Shown: positions 26,903 through 36,716, numbered from the stretch's first letter. The stretch: 64,000 nucleotides of DNA from an uncultured Candidatus Melainabacteria bacterium (GCA_949841365.1 CATKZI010000004.1:959-64958), one strand, 5' to 3'. A program made the numbers and translations. Notes: generated by a model from the letters alone, not told the origin.

Positions 26903-27591
26903 TTTTTGATGTTTTAACACTTTTTCCTGAAATGATTCAAGAACATTGCAAGCATAGTATTTTGAAACGAGCTCTTGAAAAAGGTGTTTTTAGTGTAAAC
27001 ACGATTAATCCGCGTGATTTTACTTTAAATAAGCATAGAAAAGTTGATGATACGCCATACGGTGGCGGTGCAGGAATGGTTTTAATGGCACAGCCTTATG
27101 TTGATGCTTATGAAAGTGTTGAACGCTGTGAAAATTCAGTAACAGTAATGTTATCTCCACAAGGTGAACCGTTGAATGATAAAATTGTAAATGAACTTGC
27201 GCAGTATGAGCAAATTGTAATGCTTTGCGGACATTATGAAGGGTTTGATGAACGAATAAGAGAAATTATCAAGCCCAGAGAAATTTCTCTCGGCGATTTT
27301 GTTTTAACTGGAGGGGAACTTCCCGCTTTATGTTTAATTGATGCGGTTAGCCGTAAGATTGAAGGTACTTTAGGCAAGATTGAATCTGCGGATGAGGACA
27401 GCTTTTCAAACGGGTTAATTGAATATCCGCATTATACAAAGCCAAGAGAATACAGGGGATTACAAGTCCCTGAGGTTTTGTTGAACGGAAATCATAAGGA
27501 AATTAATGAGTTTAGACTTCAGCAAAGCATTGAGCGTACAAAGATAAAACGTCCTGATTTATATGAAAAATATATTAAAACTTGCGGTTAA
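26899..27591 (+). CDS. trmD: tRNA (guanine37-N1)-methyltransferase TrmD
   Basis: 230 aa. Motifs MIFDVLTLFPEM, YGGGAGMVL, CGHYEGFDERI and VLTGGELPA. Confidence 0.95.
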   Translation: MIFDVLTLFPEMIQEHCKHSILKRALEKGVFSVNTINPRDFTLNKHRKVDDTPYGGGAGMVLMAQPYVDAYESVERCENSVTVMLSPQGEPLNDKIVNELAQYEQIVMLCGHYEGFDERIREIIKPREISLGDFVLTGGELPALCLIDAVSRKIEGTLGKIESADEDSFSNGLIEYPHYTKPREYRGLQVPEVLLNGNHKEINEFRLQQSIERTKIKRPDLYEKYIKTCG

Positions 27592-28042
27592 GGTCGTTGT
27601 AGTGCCCGAAGCCTAGAACATCTTTAAAGAATTTAAATCCTGCGTAAATTCCCAAGCCTATTGCAGAACCTTTTGCCCAGTTACCTTTACCAAACAATGC
27701 ACCCAGACCTAACCCAAGTGGGACAACACTGTTTACAAGCATTGAGCCAAATCCTTTGAAGTAGCCGATTGCAGAGTTTACAAAGTGGCGTGAGTTGCTT
27801 TCCATTTCAAATCTGTGAACACCGTCTTTAAGTTTTGATGTTGTCATACTCGGACTTGAAAGATATTGAGTATTGCTGAATGTCTCTGCGCAGGCATCTG
27901 CATCTTTTGATTTTGAATAAACATCAGCCTGAAGTTTACCGACGATATGAGAATCGTATGCAACAACACCTAATGCTCCCAAACCGATTGCTTTTGGAAG
28001 ATATTTGACAAAATTAGTTTTTGCTGATCTGATAATACTCAT
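27575..28042 (-). CDS. Hypothetical membrane protein with glycine-zipper-like segments
   Basis: 155 aa containing AIGLGALGVV and PLGLGLGALFGKGNWAKGSAIGLGIYAG. TAATG overlap with the upstream gene. Confidence 0.55.
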   Translation of the reverse strand: MSIIRSAKTNFVKYLPKAIGLGALGVVAYDSHIVGKLQADVYSKSKDADACAETFSNTQYLSSPSMTTSKLKDGVHRFEMESNSRHFVNSAIGYFKGFGSMLVNSVVPLGLGLGALFGKGNWAKGSAIGLGIYAGFKFFKDVLGFGHYNDLNRKF

Positions 28043-28785
28043 TATTTACCTTTGTTTTCTGTTTTAGGAGGATTTTTTACTTCAAATTCTTTTTCGACTG
28101 TTTGTCCTGACATTTTCAACAGAACGTTACTTGCCTGCATTGCATCTTGACCGTATCCTGATTGTGAGTTTTGCATTTGTTGAAGAACTCCGACAGTGAA
28201 ATCATCACCTGTTACAATTCTTGAATCAAGTGCGCTTAATGCCATTACTCTGACTGCTGTTGAAGGGTCTTGAAGCATTTTGTTGATAAGTGCATTTAAA
28301 GCTTTATCGTCTTTTCTTGAATGATCTTCTTCAAGTCTTGCAACAACTTCTTTTGCACCCATTAATCTTACTTCTTTATCTTGACTGTTCAAATAATTTT
28401 CGAGGTTTCTGATATAATCGTCTGTTAGTTGAACAATTTCACGTTTTTCTGTTTTTTTATCTGTTGTGTTTGTTGTTGTCGTATTGGTTGTATTATTTTG
28501 TCCGTATTGTTTTGTATAGTAATCAGGCGGATAACATCCTGTTGCGTTTGTTGAACCGTAATTTGGAGCATTAACGTTATAAACAGGTGCAGTTGCTCCC
28601 GGTGGAGTTACTGACGGATTAAATATCTGAATATTTACGCCTGAATAGTTCGGTACTTGAACATTCTGATTTTGTGCCTGTGGAACTTGAGCCTGTTGTA
28701 CAGGCACTGTCTGATATTGCGGTTGTGCACTTTGAGGCGGACAATTGCATTGCTGTATACTTTGTTGACCTACTGTACTTTGCAT
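28042..28785 (-). CDS. Hypothetical protein: Q/P/N/T-rich N-terminal half, HEAT-like helical C-terminal half
   Basis: 247 aa. PQSAQPQYQTVPVQQAQVPQAQNQ and TTNTTTTNTT low-complexity stretches, then EVRLMGAKEVVARL...STAVRVMALSAL (HEAT-like). Confidence 0.55.
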   Translation of the reverse strand: MQSTVGQQSIQQCNCPPQSAQPQYQTVPVQQAQVPQAQNQNVQVPNYSGVNIQIFNPSVTPPGATAPVYNVNAPNYGSTNATGCYPPDYYTKQYGQNNTTNTTTTNTTDKKTEKREIVQLTDDYIRNLENYLNSQDKEVRLMGAKEVVARLEEDHSRKDDKALNALINKMLQDPSTAVRVMALSALDSRIVTGDDFTVGVLQQMQNSQSGYGQDAMQASNVLLKMSGQTVEKEFEVKNPPKTENKGK

Positions 28786-28904
28786 GAAAACTACCCTTTA
28801 CTACTACTTGTATATATAAAGTATTTTTTTTGAAATTTATTGCTTTTTCTTTAAGAAATGTTACAAAATTTTTTAAAAATTTCCATGACGCATATAATTT
28901 ATTT

Positions 28905-29486
28905 ATGGGCAGTTATGAAGAAAATTATTTGGATAAACGTCCTCAATCTCTTTGTAAAATGTGTGGTAAGTGCTGTAGAGTTGTGACAACTTCAATTCCT
29001 TATAAAAAATTGAAACTTATGGCGCATGAAGGAGATGAAGGTGCTGTTGATTTTTTGTCGTTATTTGTGCCTTATAAATCAATAGAAGAAGCCAGACAAG
29101 TTGATGCGTCAATTGTTGATAATATTGTTGAAAGACTTTCTGAAGATGGAAATTATAACGAAAAAGATACAACTTTTTATTACTGCAAATATTTGAGGGA
29201 TGATAATTTATGTTCAAATTATGAAAATCGTCCTGCATTGTGCAGACACTGTCCATCTACTCCTTGGGCTATTGTACCTCCCGGATGCGGGTTTGAAGGG
29301 TGGCTGTTTTGGAAGCGTGAGGAAGATAAACAGAAAGTCCGCAGAGCAAAAGAGGAACTTTTGGAACTTCAACTGCTTCGCAAACGTACAACAAATGAAG
29401 AAACTTTAAAGAAAATTTCTGTAGTTGAACAAAAAATTCAAAGAAATATTGACATGTACAAAAAATACGGCTCAGAAAATTGGTGA
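28905..29486 (+). CDS. YkgJ-family Cys-cluster protein (paralogue of 22325-22996)
   Basis: Start moved to MGSYEENYLDKRPQSLCKMCGKCC. Shares CxxCxxCC, FVPY, a C..YENRP..CR..P cluster and P..CGF..W with the other copy. Confidence 0.72.
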   Translation: MGSYEENYLDKRPQSLCKMCGKCCRVVTTSIPYKKLKLMAHEGDEGAVDFLSLFVPYKSIEEARQVDASIVDNIVERLSEDGNYNEKDTTFYYCKYLRDDNLCSNYENRPALCRHCPSTPWAIVPPGCGFEGWLFWKREEDKQKVRRAKEELLELQLLRKRTTNEETLKKISVVEQKIQRNIDMYKKYGSENW

Positions 29487-31973
29487 TTATTTTGATAACA
29501 TTAATTTATCCAATTTTCTTTTGTAGAACTCTGTATTAATGTTTAACTTTTCTCCGATGTCAAGAAGCATGTCTATAAACTTTCTGTCTGCAGGACGTTT
29601 AATCCCTGCTTCCAAAATATCGCCAATTCTATGATAAATTTTTGCAAAATAGATGTTTTGCGCTTCTGCAATATCAATTTGAAGTTCAAGTTTTTCTACA
29701 GTATCAAAGATTTCTAAAATTGCATCAGCCTGCTGGATTTCAAAGCTGTGAACAAGTCTGTTGATATTTTGTAAAATTTTTCTGCCAAATATAGTATTTG
29801 ACGGAGTTTTATCCAGTTGGATATCAATTTTTTTAGCTTCATAATTAATATCTGTTGCCTGCTGGATTAAATCTTCTTCGATAAATCCGCCTGAATGCAC
29901 AACTATGTCGTTAAATTTTCTGCTCAAAGCATAGCCTGCCGAAAGTTTAAACTCGTCAGGAATTTTAAGTCCCAAACCTTGAAGGTGATAGATTGAGCCT
30001 TTGCCTTCATCGTACATACTCTGGTAGATTTGAGAGAATTTTTCAAGTTTGCTTTTCAAAAGGATTTGAAGGATTTTTCTTCTTTCTTCAATAAATATAT
30101 CTTTTAACGTGAAATATTCTTTGCCAAAGTGTTCATCCATTGCACGAATAATCTCTGTAAGCGGATTTATAAGGAATGATTTAATTAAGTTTGTTTTAAG
30201 TTTGCTGTATTCATCAGAGTATTCTTTGATTGCACAGTGGAAATCACCGCCTGAATATTGCATTAGGGCAAACATCAGGTTAGATTTTTGCAGAGTGATT
30301 TTTGATTGAATTTCAATATGTCCGACAACAAAAGTTGACGAACCTTTTTGAACTTTTTTGTAATCATGTTTTTTTATAGTATAGCAGTATACATTTTCTT
30401 CGTCTTCAAAATCCTGATAAAGAGAGGATAAAGCCCATAAAGTCGCAATTTGTTTCGAAGTTACGACTGACGGTTTTACAAAACGTTCAAAAATCTCTTT
30501 ACCTGTGCCGTGTTCAGGGATATTGCTTTTTGCTTCTGCCAAAATATTCAGGAAGTTTTCTTCTAAATTTTTATCTGTGAATTTTTCAGCTAACTGCATA
30601 GCTCGTGCCGCATATTTCATTAATTGAACGGTTTCGATACCTGAAATTTCAGAGAAAAACCAACCGCAGCTTGTGTACATCAAAAGTGCTTGACGTTGAA
30701 TTTCCAATAATTCCATAGCTCTGACTTTATCTTCGTCAGACAAATCAGGTTTAAAGTTGGTATGTTGGAATTTTTTTACATTCATTTCGTTACGGTCAAG
30801 AATAACCTCAATGTAATTGTTTCGAACATCCCAAATATTCCCGTTAAAGTATTTAGAACCTTCTTTTTCAAATACTTTAACGAGTTCATCTCTCAAATAA
30901 TCAAGAGCTTCTCTAAGCGGTTTTCTCCATTTTTGATTCCAGCCGGGGTGTCCGCCTGTAGAGCATCCGCAGTCTTCTTTCCATCTGCCGACTCCATGGA
31001 AACAGCTCCAGCTTGATGCTTGCTTAATCTCAACTTCGCAATTGCTTCTGTATTTGTCTAAGTATTCTGCGTAGTTTGTGATTGTGAAACCTTCGTCTTT
31101 TGCTTTAATTTTTAAAACATAAGCAAGTGCCATATCACCGAATTTAGTGTGATGACCGTAACTTTCCCCGTCAGTTGCGATATTTATTAGCTGAGGGAAG
31201 TTTCTGCAATCTGATACCCCTTCTTTTAAACGGCGGATAAATTTATTGCCGTCTTTTAAAAGTTCATCAAATGCAACAGAGCGGGAAATTGCACCGTCGT
31301 AGAAAAATAAATCAATAAATTTGCCGGGAGCTGATTTTATATAGTATCTGTAAGAACGTGCAGGGTCAATGTTTCCCCAGCTTACGTCTGTCCATTCTTT
31401 ATCGCCTTCCTGTCTGAATTTGTCTGCTTGATATGGTGAAAGAACTGTGAATTTAATTCCGTTTTCTTCTAAAATTCTGAGTGTATCGTCGTCAACTGCA
31501 GTTTCTGCAAGCCACATACCTTCCGGTTTTCTGCCGAAACGGTATTCAAAATCTTTAATCCCCCATTTTACTTGAGTGATTTTGTCGTTTTCATTGGCAA
31601 GAGGCATAATCATGTGGTTATAAACCTGTGCCATTGCGTTGCCGTGACCGTTATGTTCTGCGATACTTTCAATATCTGCTTTTATAATTCTTTCATAAGT
31701 TAAAGGTGCAAAATGTTCCATCCACGACAATAATGTCGGACCAAAATTGAAGCTCATGTGTTCATAGTTGTTGACTACATCAAGTATTCTGTTTCTGCTG
31801 TCAACAATTTTTGATACCGAATTCGGGTTGTAGCATTCTTTGTTAATTCTTTCATTCCAATCGTGGCAGGGCAACGCACTGTCTTGCAGTTCAATAGCTT
31901 CCAGCCATGGATTTTCACGCGGGGGTTGGTAAAAGTGCCCGTGAATCGTCAAAAATACTTCATTATTGCTCAT
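29487..31973 (-). CDS. Glycoside hydrolase family 57 protein with a long C-terminal extension
   Basis: Start moved to MSNNEVF, which has GGAG 6 nt upstream. GH57 motifs HGHFYQPPRENPW, WLAETAV and ATDGESYGHH are present. Confidence 0.87.
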   Translation of the reverse strand: MSNNEVFLTIHGHFYQPPRENPWLEAIELQDSALPCHDWNERINKECYNPNSVSKIVDSRNRILDVVNNYEHMSFNFGPTLLSWMEHFAPLTYERIIKADIESIAEHNGHGNAMAQVYNHMIMPLANENDKITQVKWGIKDFEYRFGRKPEGMWLAETAVDDDTLRILEENGIKFTVLSPYQADKFRQEGDKEWTDVSWGNIDPARSYRYYIKSAPGKFIDLFFYDGAISRSVAFDELLKDGNKFIRRLKEGVSDCRNFPQLINIATDGESYGHHTKFGDMALAYVLKIKAKDEGFTITNYAEYLDKYRSNCEVEIKQASSWSCFHGVGRWKEDCGCSTGGHPGWNQKWRKPLREALDYLRDELVKVFEKEGSKYFNGNIWDVRNNYIEVILDRNEMNVKKFQHTNFKPDLSDEDKVRAMELLEIQRQALLMYTSCGWFFSEISGIETVQLMKYAARAMQLAEKFTDKNLEENFLNILAEAKSNIPEHGTGKEIFERFVKPSVVTSKQIATLWALSSLYQDFEDEENVYCYTIKKHDYKKVQKGSSTFVVGHIEIQSKITLQKSNLMFALMQYSGGDFHCAIKEYSDEYSKLKTNLIKSFLINPLTEIIRAMDEHFGKEYFTLKDIFIEERRKILQILLKSKLEKFSQIYQSMYDEGKGSIYHLQGLGLKIPDEFKLSAGYALSRKFNDIVVHSGGFIEEDLIQQATDINYEAKKIDIQLDKTPSNTIFGRKILQNINRLVHSFEIQQADAILEIFDTVEKLELQIDIAEAQNIYFAKIYHRIGDILEAGIKRPADRKFIDMLLDIGEKLNINTEFYKRKLDKLMLSK

Positions 31974-31994
31974 CTCTAACTCCAAAATTTATAG

Positions 31995-32483
31995 TTATTT
32001 TGTTTCAGTTTTTGGTTTTGTACTTATTACATTGAAATTTGTAACTTCTACCCAGGGGTCGCCGAGTGCTGTAGAGAAAACTCTTCCCGAAAATTCAACC
32101 ACATCGCCCGAGTTAAGTTCAATATATTTTTCAGCTTCAGTTCTGTCTAAGAATAGTTTAAGTTCTGATAGCGGAATGTTGTGATCTGTCACGTCAGGTC
32201 TTTGGATTAAGAACGAAATATATTTTTCGGAACTTTTCATTGCCGGTTTGTAATCCAAGCCGAGTGTAGAAAATTTATCAAATTTAGCTTTAATTTTTAT
32301 ATTTTTATTAAGATAAAAGTTGGGTCTTGCAACTAAATCAAGAGGGTTTACAAGTGCGCAAGTTTGCTGTTGAGTTTGAAGTGTCTGCGCATTTACGATA
32401 GTGCGTGACGGAATTTGTTGTGCGCCGACGCTTAAACCTGCTGCAATCATTAATATTAATACTAAACTTTTTATTTTATTCAT
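31995..32483 (-). CDS. Hypothetical secreted protein
   Basis: 162 aa with signal peptide MNKIKSLVLILMIAAGLSVGAQQ. No recognised domain. Confidence 0.55.
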   Translation of the reverse strand: MNKIKSLVLILMIAAGLSVGAQQIPSRTIVNAQTLQTQQQTCALVNPLDLVARPNFYLNKNIKIKAKFDKFSTLGLDYKPAMKSSEKYISFLIQRPDVTDHNIPLSELKLFLDRTEAEKYIELNSGDVVEFSGRVFSTALGDPWVEVTNFNVISTKPKTETK

Positions 32484-32582
32484 TTTTATCCCCTTTTTTA
32501 CAATAATATTCTATCACAATTTTTGTTTTTTGTAACTACCTGCGGTCTATTTTGTGGTATAATTTTTCTGAAAGAGGTTTAT

Positions 32583-32960
32583 ATGAACAAAAAATCTGCA
32601 ATGTCTGCAATGGGTTATGCCATAGTTTCGGTTATTATACTTGGAATTGTAATGATTATCAGCGCACCTATGCTGGTTACAAATGTTAAGGAAGAAGGAA
32701 AAACTTCCGAACCTGTCACTGAATACAATAAAGAACCTGAACAAAATGATTATTCAGAGTTGAGAATGCTTGAAGAACGTTTGACTTCAAGAATTGATGA
32801 TTTGGAACGCAGTCAGGCAAATAATCAGGGACAAAATACAGTTACGGATAAATATATTTGTTCGATTGAAGGAAAACTTAACGAAAATGGTGATGTAGTT
32901 CCTCTTGACGGTTCTGATAGTGGGGAAAAGATTGTTTTTGTCTGTGAATACAGACGATAA
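32583..32960 (+). CDS. Hypothetical membrane-anchored protein
   Basis: Start moved to MNKKSAMSAMGYAIVSVIILG, which has an AAGAGG RBS. One N-terminal TM segment and a C-terminal Cys pair. Confidence 0.55.
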   Translation: MNKKSAMSAMGYAIVSVIILGIVMIISAPMLVTNVKEEGKTSEPVTEYNKEPEQNDYSELRMLEERLTSRIDDLERSQANNQGQNTVTDKYICSIEGKLNENGDVVPLDGSDSGEKIVFVCEYRR

Positions 32961-32989
32961 AAAAAGACCCTTTTGAGGGTCTTTTTTTT
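32961..32989. terminator. Bidirectional rho-independent terminator
   Basis: A-run, GACCCT-TTTG-AGGGTC hairpin, then T8. Lies between the convergent genes 32583-32960 (+) and the ferredoxin gene (-). Confidence 0.7.
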
Positions 32990-33005
32990 GAATATTTATT
33001 GTAAA

Positions 33006-33182
33006 CTATTCAACTTCGATTGCTGATACAGGGCAAGCATCTGCTGCTTCTTTAACGCAATCCATATTATCTGCTACAGCTGATTCATCAACTTGAGCAA
33101 CACCGTCTACTGAAAATACTGCGTCGCAAATTGATTCGCAAGCGCCGCATCCGATACAAGAATCATTTACTTTTACTGTCAT
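33006..33182 (-). CDS. Small 4Fe-4S ferredoxin (58 aa, below the ORF-track cutoff)
   Basis: My translation is MTVKVNDSCIGCGACESICDAVFSVDGVAQVDESAVADNMDCVKEAADACPVSAIEVE. It has CxxCxxCxxxC plus a distal CP. AAGGAG RBS upstream. Confidence 0.8.
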   Translation of the reverse strand: MTVKVNDSCIGCGACESICDAVFSVDGVAQVDESAVADNMDCVKEAADACPVSAIEVE

Positions 33183-33252
33183 TTCTACATTCTCCTTATA
33201 TTATATACATTGCGGAATTTGTCCGCAAAAATATTCTACTATAGAAAATTTT

Positions 33253-34377
33253 TTATTGCAAATACTCTTTTATTTTTTTTGCGACATAGTCAAAACCGAC
33301 AATTGTACCTAAATCTCCGCCTTGAGAAGTTTTAGAATAAATAAGTACGGGAACTTTTTCTCTTGTATGGTCAGTACCTTCAACTGTCGGATCGCATCCA
33401 TGGTCTGCGGTAATTATAAGTAAATCTTCATCCGACATCGCATTCATTATCTTGTCAAGGTAGGTATCAATTTCCTCAATTGCTTTGCCGTAGCCTTTTG
33501 CATCATTTCTGTGACCGTAGAGCATGTCTGTATCAACAAGGTTTGTAAAAATAAACGATTTATCAGCATGGTTTTTTACAGCATCAAGCGTAAGCTCCAA
33601 ACCTTCCTTGTTTGAGCCTGTATGAACAGCATAAGTTACACCTGATTTTGAGAAAATATCTTCAATTTTTCCGATGCCGTAAACTTTTAACCCTGCAGCT
33701 TCAAGCTCATTCATAACAGTATGCGATGGAACCATTGAGTAGTCGCGTCTGTCTTTTGATATTCTTGTCGGTTTGCCGTCAATAATTTTATAAGGTCTTG
33801 CAATTACACGCGATACATTGTAATCGTTGAGGATTTTTCTTGCAGTTTCGCACCATTTGTAAAGTGTTTCAAGCGGGATGAAATCTGTATCAACAGCGAT
33901 TTGGAAAACACTGTCTGCGCTTGTGTAAACAATCGGGAAACCTGTTTTATGATGTTCTTCATTTAATTCCTCAATAATTGCAGTTCCGCTTGCGGGACGG
34001 TTTGCAAGAATTCCTCCGCAATTTGTTTTCTCAATAAATTTTTCGACAATTTCTGATTGAAATCCGTTTGGGAAAGTCGCAAATGGTTTTTCTGAAACAA
34101 GTCCCATCATTTCCCAGTGACCTGTAGTTGTGTCTTTACCTTTTGATTTTTCAAGCATTGTACCGTATTTTGCAATAGGAGTTTCACATTTTGCTATGCC
34201 TTTAAAATCTTGAATATTGCCCAATCCCATTTTTGATAAATTAGGAACATTCAGACCTCCGTTATATTCGCAGACATTTTTTAACGTATTGCATTCGGGA
34301 ACATCGTTGAATTCACTGCAGTCATCCATTGCTCCAATTCCCATCGAATCTATTACTATTACAATCGCTCTTTTCAT
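33253..34377 (-). CDS. deoB: Phosphopentomutase
   Basis: 374 aa. Motifs VIVIDSMGIG, TGHWEMMG and ITADHGCDPT. Confidence 0.92.
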   Translation of the reverse strand: MKRAIVIVIDSMGIGAMDDCSEFNDVPECNTLKNVCEYNGGLNVPNLSKMGLGNIQDFKGIAKCETPIAKYGTMLEKSKGKDTTTGHWEMMGLVSEKPFATFPNGFQSEIVEKFIEKTNCGGILANRPASGTAIIEELNEEHHKTGFPIVYTSADSVFQIAVDTDFIPLETLYKWCETARKILNDYNVSRVIARPYKIIDGKPTRISKDRRDYSMVPSHTVMNELEAAGLKVYGIGKIEDIFSKSGVTYAVHTGSNKEGLELTLDAVKNHADKSFIFTNLVDTDMLYGHRNDAKGYGKAIEEIDTYLDKIMNAMSDEDLLIITADHGCDPTVEGTDHTREKVPVLIYSKTSQGGDLGTIVGFDYVAKKIKEYLQ

Positions 34378-34456
34378 CTTTTTACCCTCTCCGTCAACCT
34401 TGGCTGGACTTTTAATATTTTTGTCAGTCGTTCGCTTAGCTCACTCCCGCTTTATC

Positions 34457-34963
34457 CTATTCTATATCTACAATTGCGTAAGCGTTAAAATCCACACCAC
34501 CATATATAATTTCAACATGATAATCTCCATGGGGCAACAATTTCACAAAATTTATTGTTTCCTCTCCAAAATCATCATCGGTTTCTTCTGCCGGAAGTTT
34601 TGCGATTACGTCATGTGCCTGATAAAGTTTTATATAAACTTCGCCGTTTTCTTTAACGCCCTCAACCTGATAGTGACCGATTGGAATTGATTTAAGGTTC
34701 AGCGGAATTAACAAAACAGGAAGTTCTTTTGTTGAATTTTTAAGCATTTCGGTTTCGTTGCTTTGTGAAAAGTTTTCACCTTTCGGAATATTTTTGTCGC
34801 GTTTTTTCTTTTTTTGCTTGCTTTCCAAAGCTTTGTCAAATTCTTGTTCGGTTACAGCTTTTTGCCCGTAAACATTTGTATCGCCGAAGTTATCCCACAA
34901 ATCTCCGTCAGCAAGTACACTGCTTCCGATAAAAATTATGCTCAAAATCGTAAAAAACTTTTT
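34457..34963 (-). CDS. Hypothetical secreted protein
   Basis: The likely start is MKKFFTILSIIFIGSSVLA (signal peptide); the track ORF extends to 34993. No recognised domain. Confidence 0.5.
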   Translation of the reverse strand, partial: KKFFTILSIIFIGSSVLADGDLWDNFGDTNVYGQKAVTEQEFDKALESKQKKKKRDKNIPKGENFSQSNETEMLKNSTKELPVLLIPLNLKSIPIGHYQVEGVKENGEVYIKLYQAHDVIAKLPAEETDDDFGEETINFVKLLPHGDYHVEIIYGGVDFNAYAIVDIE

Positions 34964-35016
34964 CATAACTTTATAATAATGATATTTTGTCAAAAATCAT
35001 ACATCTGTTTATATGA

Positions 35017-35487
35017 TTACTTATGGTAAGTTTCGCCTTTTATAATTTTAAACGCCCGATAGATTTGCTCGACAAGCAATAATCTTGCAAATTGATGCAG
35101 AAATGTCATTTTTGACATGCTGAGTTTAAAGTTTGCCCGTTCTGATACTATCGGAGAAATTCCGCAGGATGAACCGATTATGAATATGATTTCTCCAATG
35201 CCTTCATTTGTAAGTTCATTGATTTTTTTGGCAAATTCCTCAGATGACAGCATTTTGCCCTTAATTTCCATTGTAATAACATAAGATTGCGGTTTGATAT
35301 ACGAAAGGATTTTTTCGCCTTCCTGCTCCAAAACTCTTTGAGTTAAATTCTCATCTTTGATTTCTAATGCGGGAAGTTCAATAATTTCAACAGAAGCATA
35401 AGGAGAAAGACGTTTCATGAATTCATCAATTCCGTCTTTCAAAAATTTTTCTTTAATTTTTCCGAGTGCAATAATTTTAATATTCAC
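35017..35487 (-). CDS. rlmH: 23S rRNA (pseudouridine1915-N3)-methyltransferase RlmH
   Basis: 156 aa of SPOUT fold. IIALGKIKEKF N-terminus, FIIGSSCG, and C-terminal KIIKGETYHK. Confidence 0.9.
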   Translation of the reverse strand: MNIKIIALGKIKEKFLKDGIDEFMKRLSPYASVEIIELPALEIKDENLTQRVLEQEGEKILSYIKPQSYVITMEIKGKMLSSEEFAKKINELTNEGIGEIIFIIGSSCGISPIVSERANFKLSMSKMTFLHQFARLLLVEQIYRAFKIIKGETYHK

Positions 35488-35529
35488 TACTACGTAGGTA
35501 GCCCTTTCTGCCGATTTGCTATAAATTTT

Positions 35530-36348
35530 CTATATGCTTTTGTTGCTGTCTGCCATATACACAGTGGTTGACGGGAATGCAAAATCAATTTCCTCTGCAC
35601 GGAAGCGTTTTACAGCTTCAAGATAAACTTCGCTTCTGATTTTTGTAAATGTATCGTAAGCTTTAGCTTTTGTGTAACCTAAAAGTCTTATATTTATAGA
35701 ACTGCTGTCTAAAGTTTCAATAAATACGTTGTAATCATGATGGACATCACTTCTGTCTGCCATAATCTCTTTTATAATTTCTATTGCGCGGTTAAGTTTT
35801 TCATCACTTGTATCATAAGTCGCGCCAAAAGTAAGATCAAGTCTGCGTTTATGCGCTTTGCTTACGTTTGTTACAATGCTGTTTGCCATTTTATCGTTTG
35901 GAATGGTTACTAAAAAGTTATCCAGAGTTCTGATTTTTGTAGAACGCAGATTAATATTTTCAACGGTTCCCTCAATGTTATCTATTTTTATATAGTCGCC
36001 TGTTTTATAAACTTTATCTGTGAGAATTCCAAATGTTCCAAACATTGAAGCAATTGTCTGCTGGGCAGCAAAACCAACGGCAAGACCGGTAATTCCGAAG
36101 CCTGCAACAAGAGAAGTCAAAGAATATCCGTTATATTGCATAAACGATGCAACAAGTATGAATACAATAATGGTTTTAACTATTTTTTCAAAAATAGGCA
36201 AAATTTGACTGATTGGTGCAGCATTTTCGCTCTTGTCGAATTTTTCTTTAAGTTTTCCGATAAAAATATCGGTTATCTTAAATAAAACTGCAATAATAAT
36301 GATGTTTACAATAACACCGATGCTTAATTCAAGAATTTTGTCAGACAT
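35530..36348 (-). CDS. Small-conductance mechanosensitive channel (MscS family)
   Basis: 272 aa with three TM helices, then GDYIKIDNIEGTVENINLRSTKIRTLDN, a typical MscS beta domain. Confidence 0.85.
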   Translation of the reverse strand: MSDKILELSIGVIVNIIIIAVLFKITDIFIGKLKEKFDKSENAAPISQILPIFEKIVKTIIVFILVASFMQYNGYSLTSLVAGFGITGLAVGFAAQQTIASMFGTFGILTDKVYKTGDYIKIDNIEGTVENINLRSTKIRTLDNFLVTIPNDKMANSIVTNVSKAHKRRLDLTFGATYDTSDEKLNRAIEIIKEIMADRSDVHHDYNVFIETLDSSSINIRLLGYTKAKAYDTFTKIRSEVYLEAVKRFRAEEIDFAFPSTTVYMADSNKSI

Positions 36349-36386
36349 AAATTTCCTCTTTTTTATATAAATAATATCATAAAATA

Positions 36387-36650
36387 TTATTTTTCAATTA
36401 AAGAGAAATTTTCCGGTAATTCATCTTCAATAAGTTTAATAAATTCAGAAGGCTTCATGTCAAAAGCTTCTGCGATTTTGAAAACAGTAGTTAATTGCGG
36501 GTCTTTCATGACTCTTTCTATAGTGCTGATAATTGATGTAGATATATCATTTTCGCTGCAAAACATAAATTGGCTCTTGTCGCCTCTAAGTTCTTTTGTA
36601 AGTTTTGCTAAAGCTTGTAATATAAGTTTTTTATTTTCTTCAATATTCAT
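36387..36650 (-). CDS. XRE-type helix-turn-helix protein
   Basis: The likely start is MNIEENKK. The sequence SQFMFCSENDISTSIISTIERVMKDPQLTTVFKIAEAF resembles an HTH_3 domain. Confidence 0.6.
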   Translation of the reverse strand: MNIEENKKLILQALAKLTKELRGDKSQFMFCSENDISTSIISTIERVMKDPQLTTVFKIAEAFDMKPSEFIKLIEDELPENFSLIEK

Positions 36651-36716
36651 TCTGTCACTATAAATAAAGAAAAGTGTTCTCGCTTTCACGAGCAAGATAA
36701 TATTGAAAGATACAAT

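Noticed and set aside
33210-33228. The palindrome TTGCGGA-ATTTG-TCCGCAA upstream of the ferredoxin gene might be an operator.
   Set aside because: I could not place a convincing promoter around it. It may simply be a weak terminator-like hairpin for deoB, and the evidence is too thin to call.
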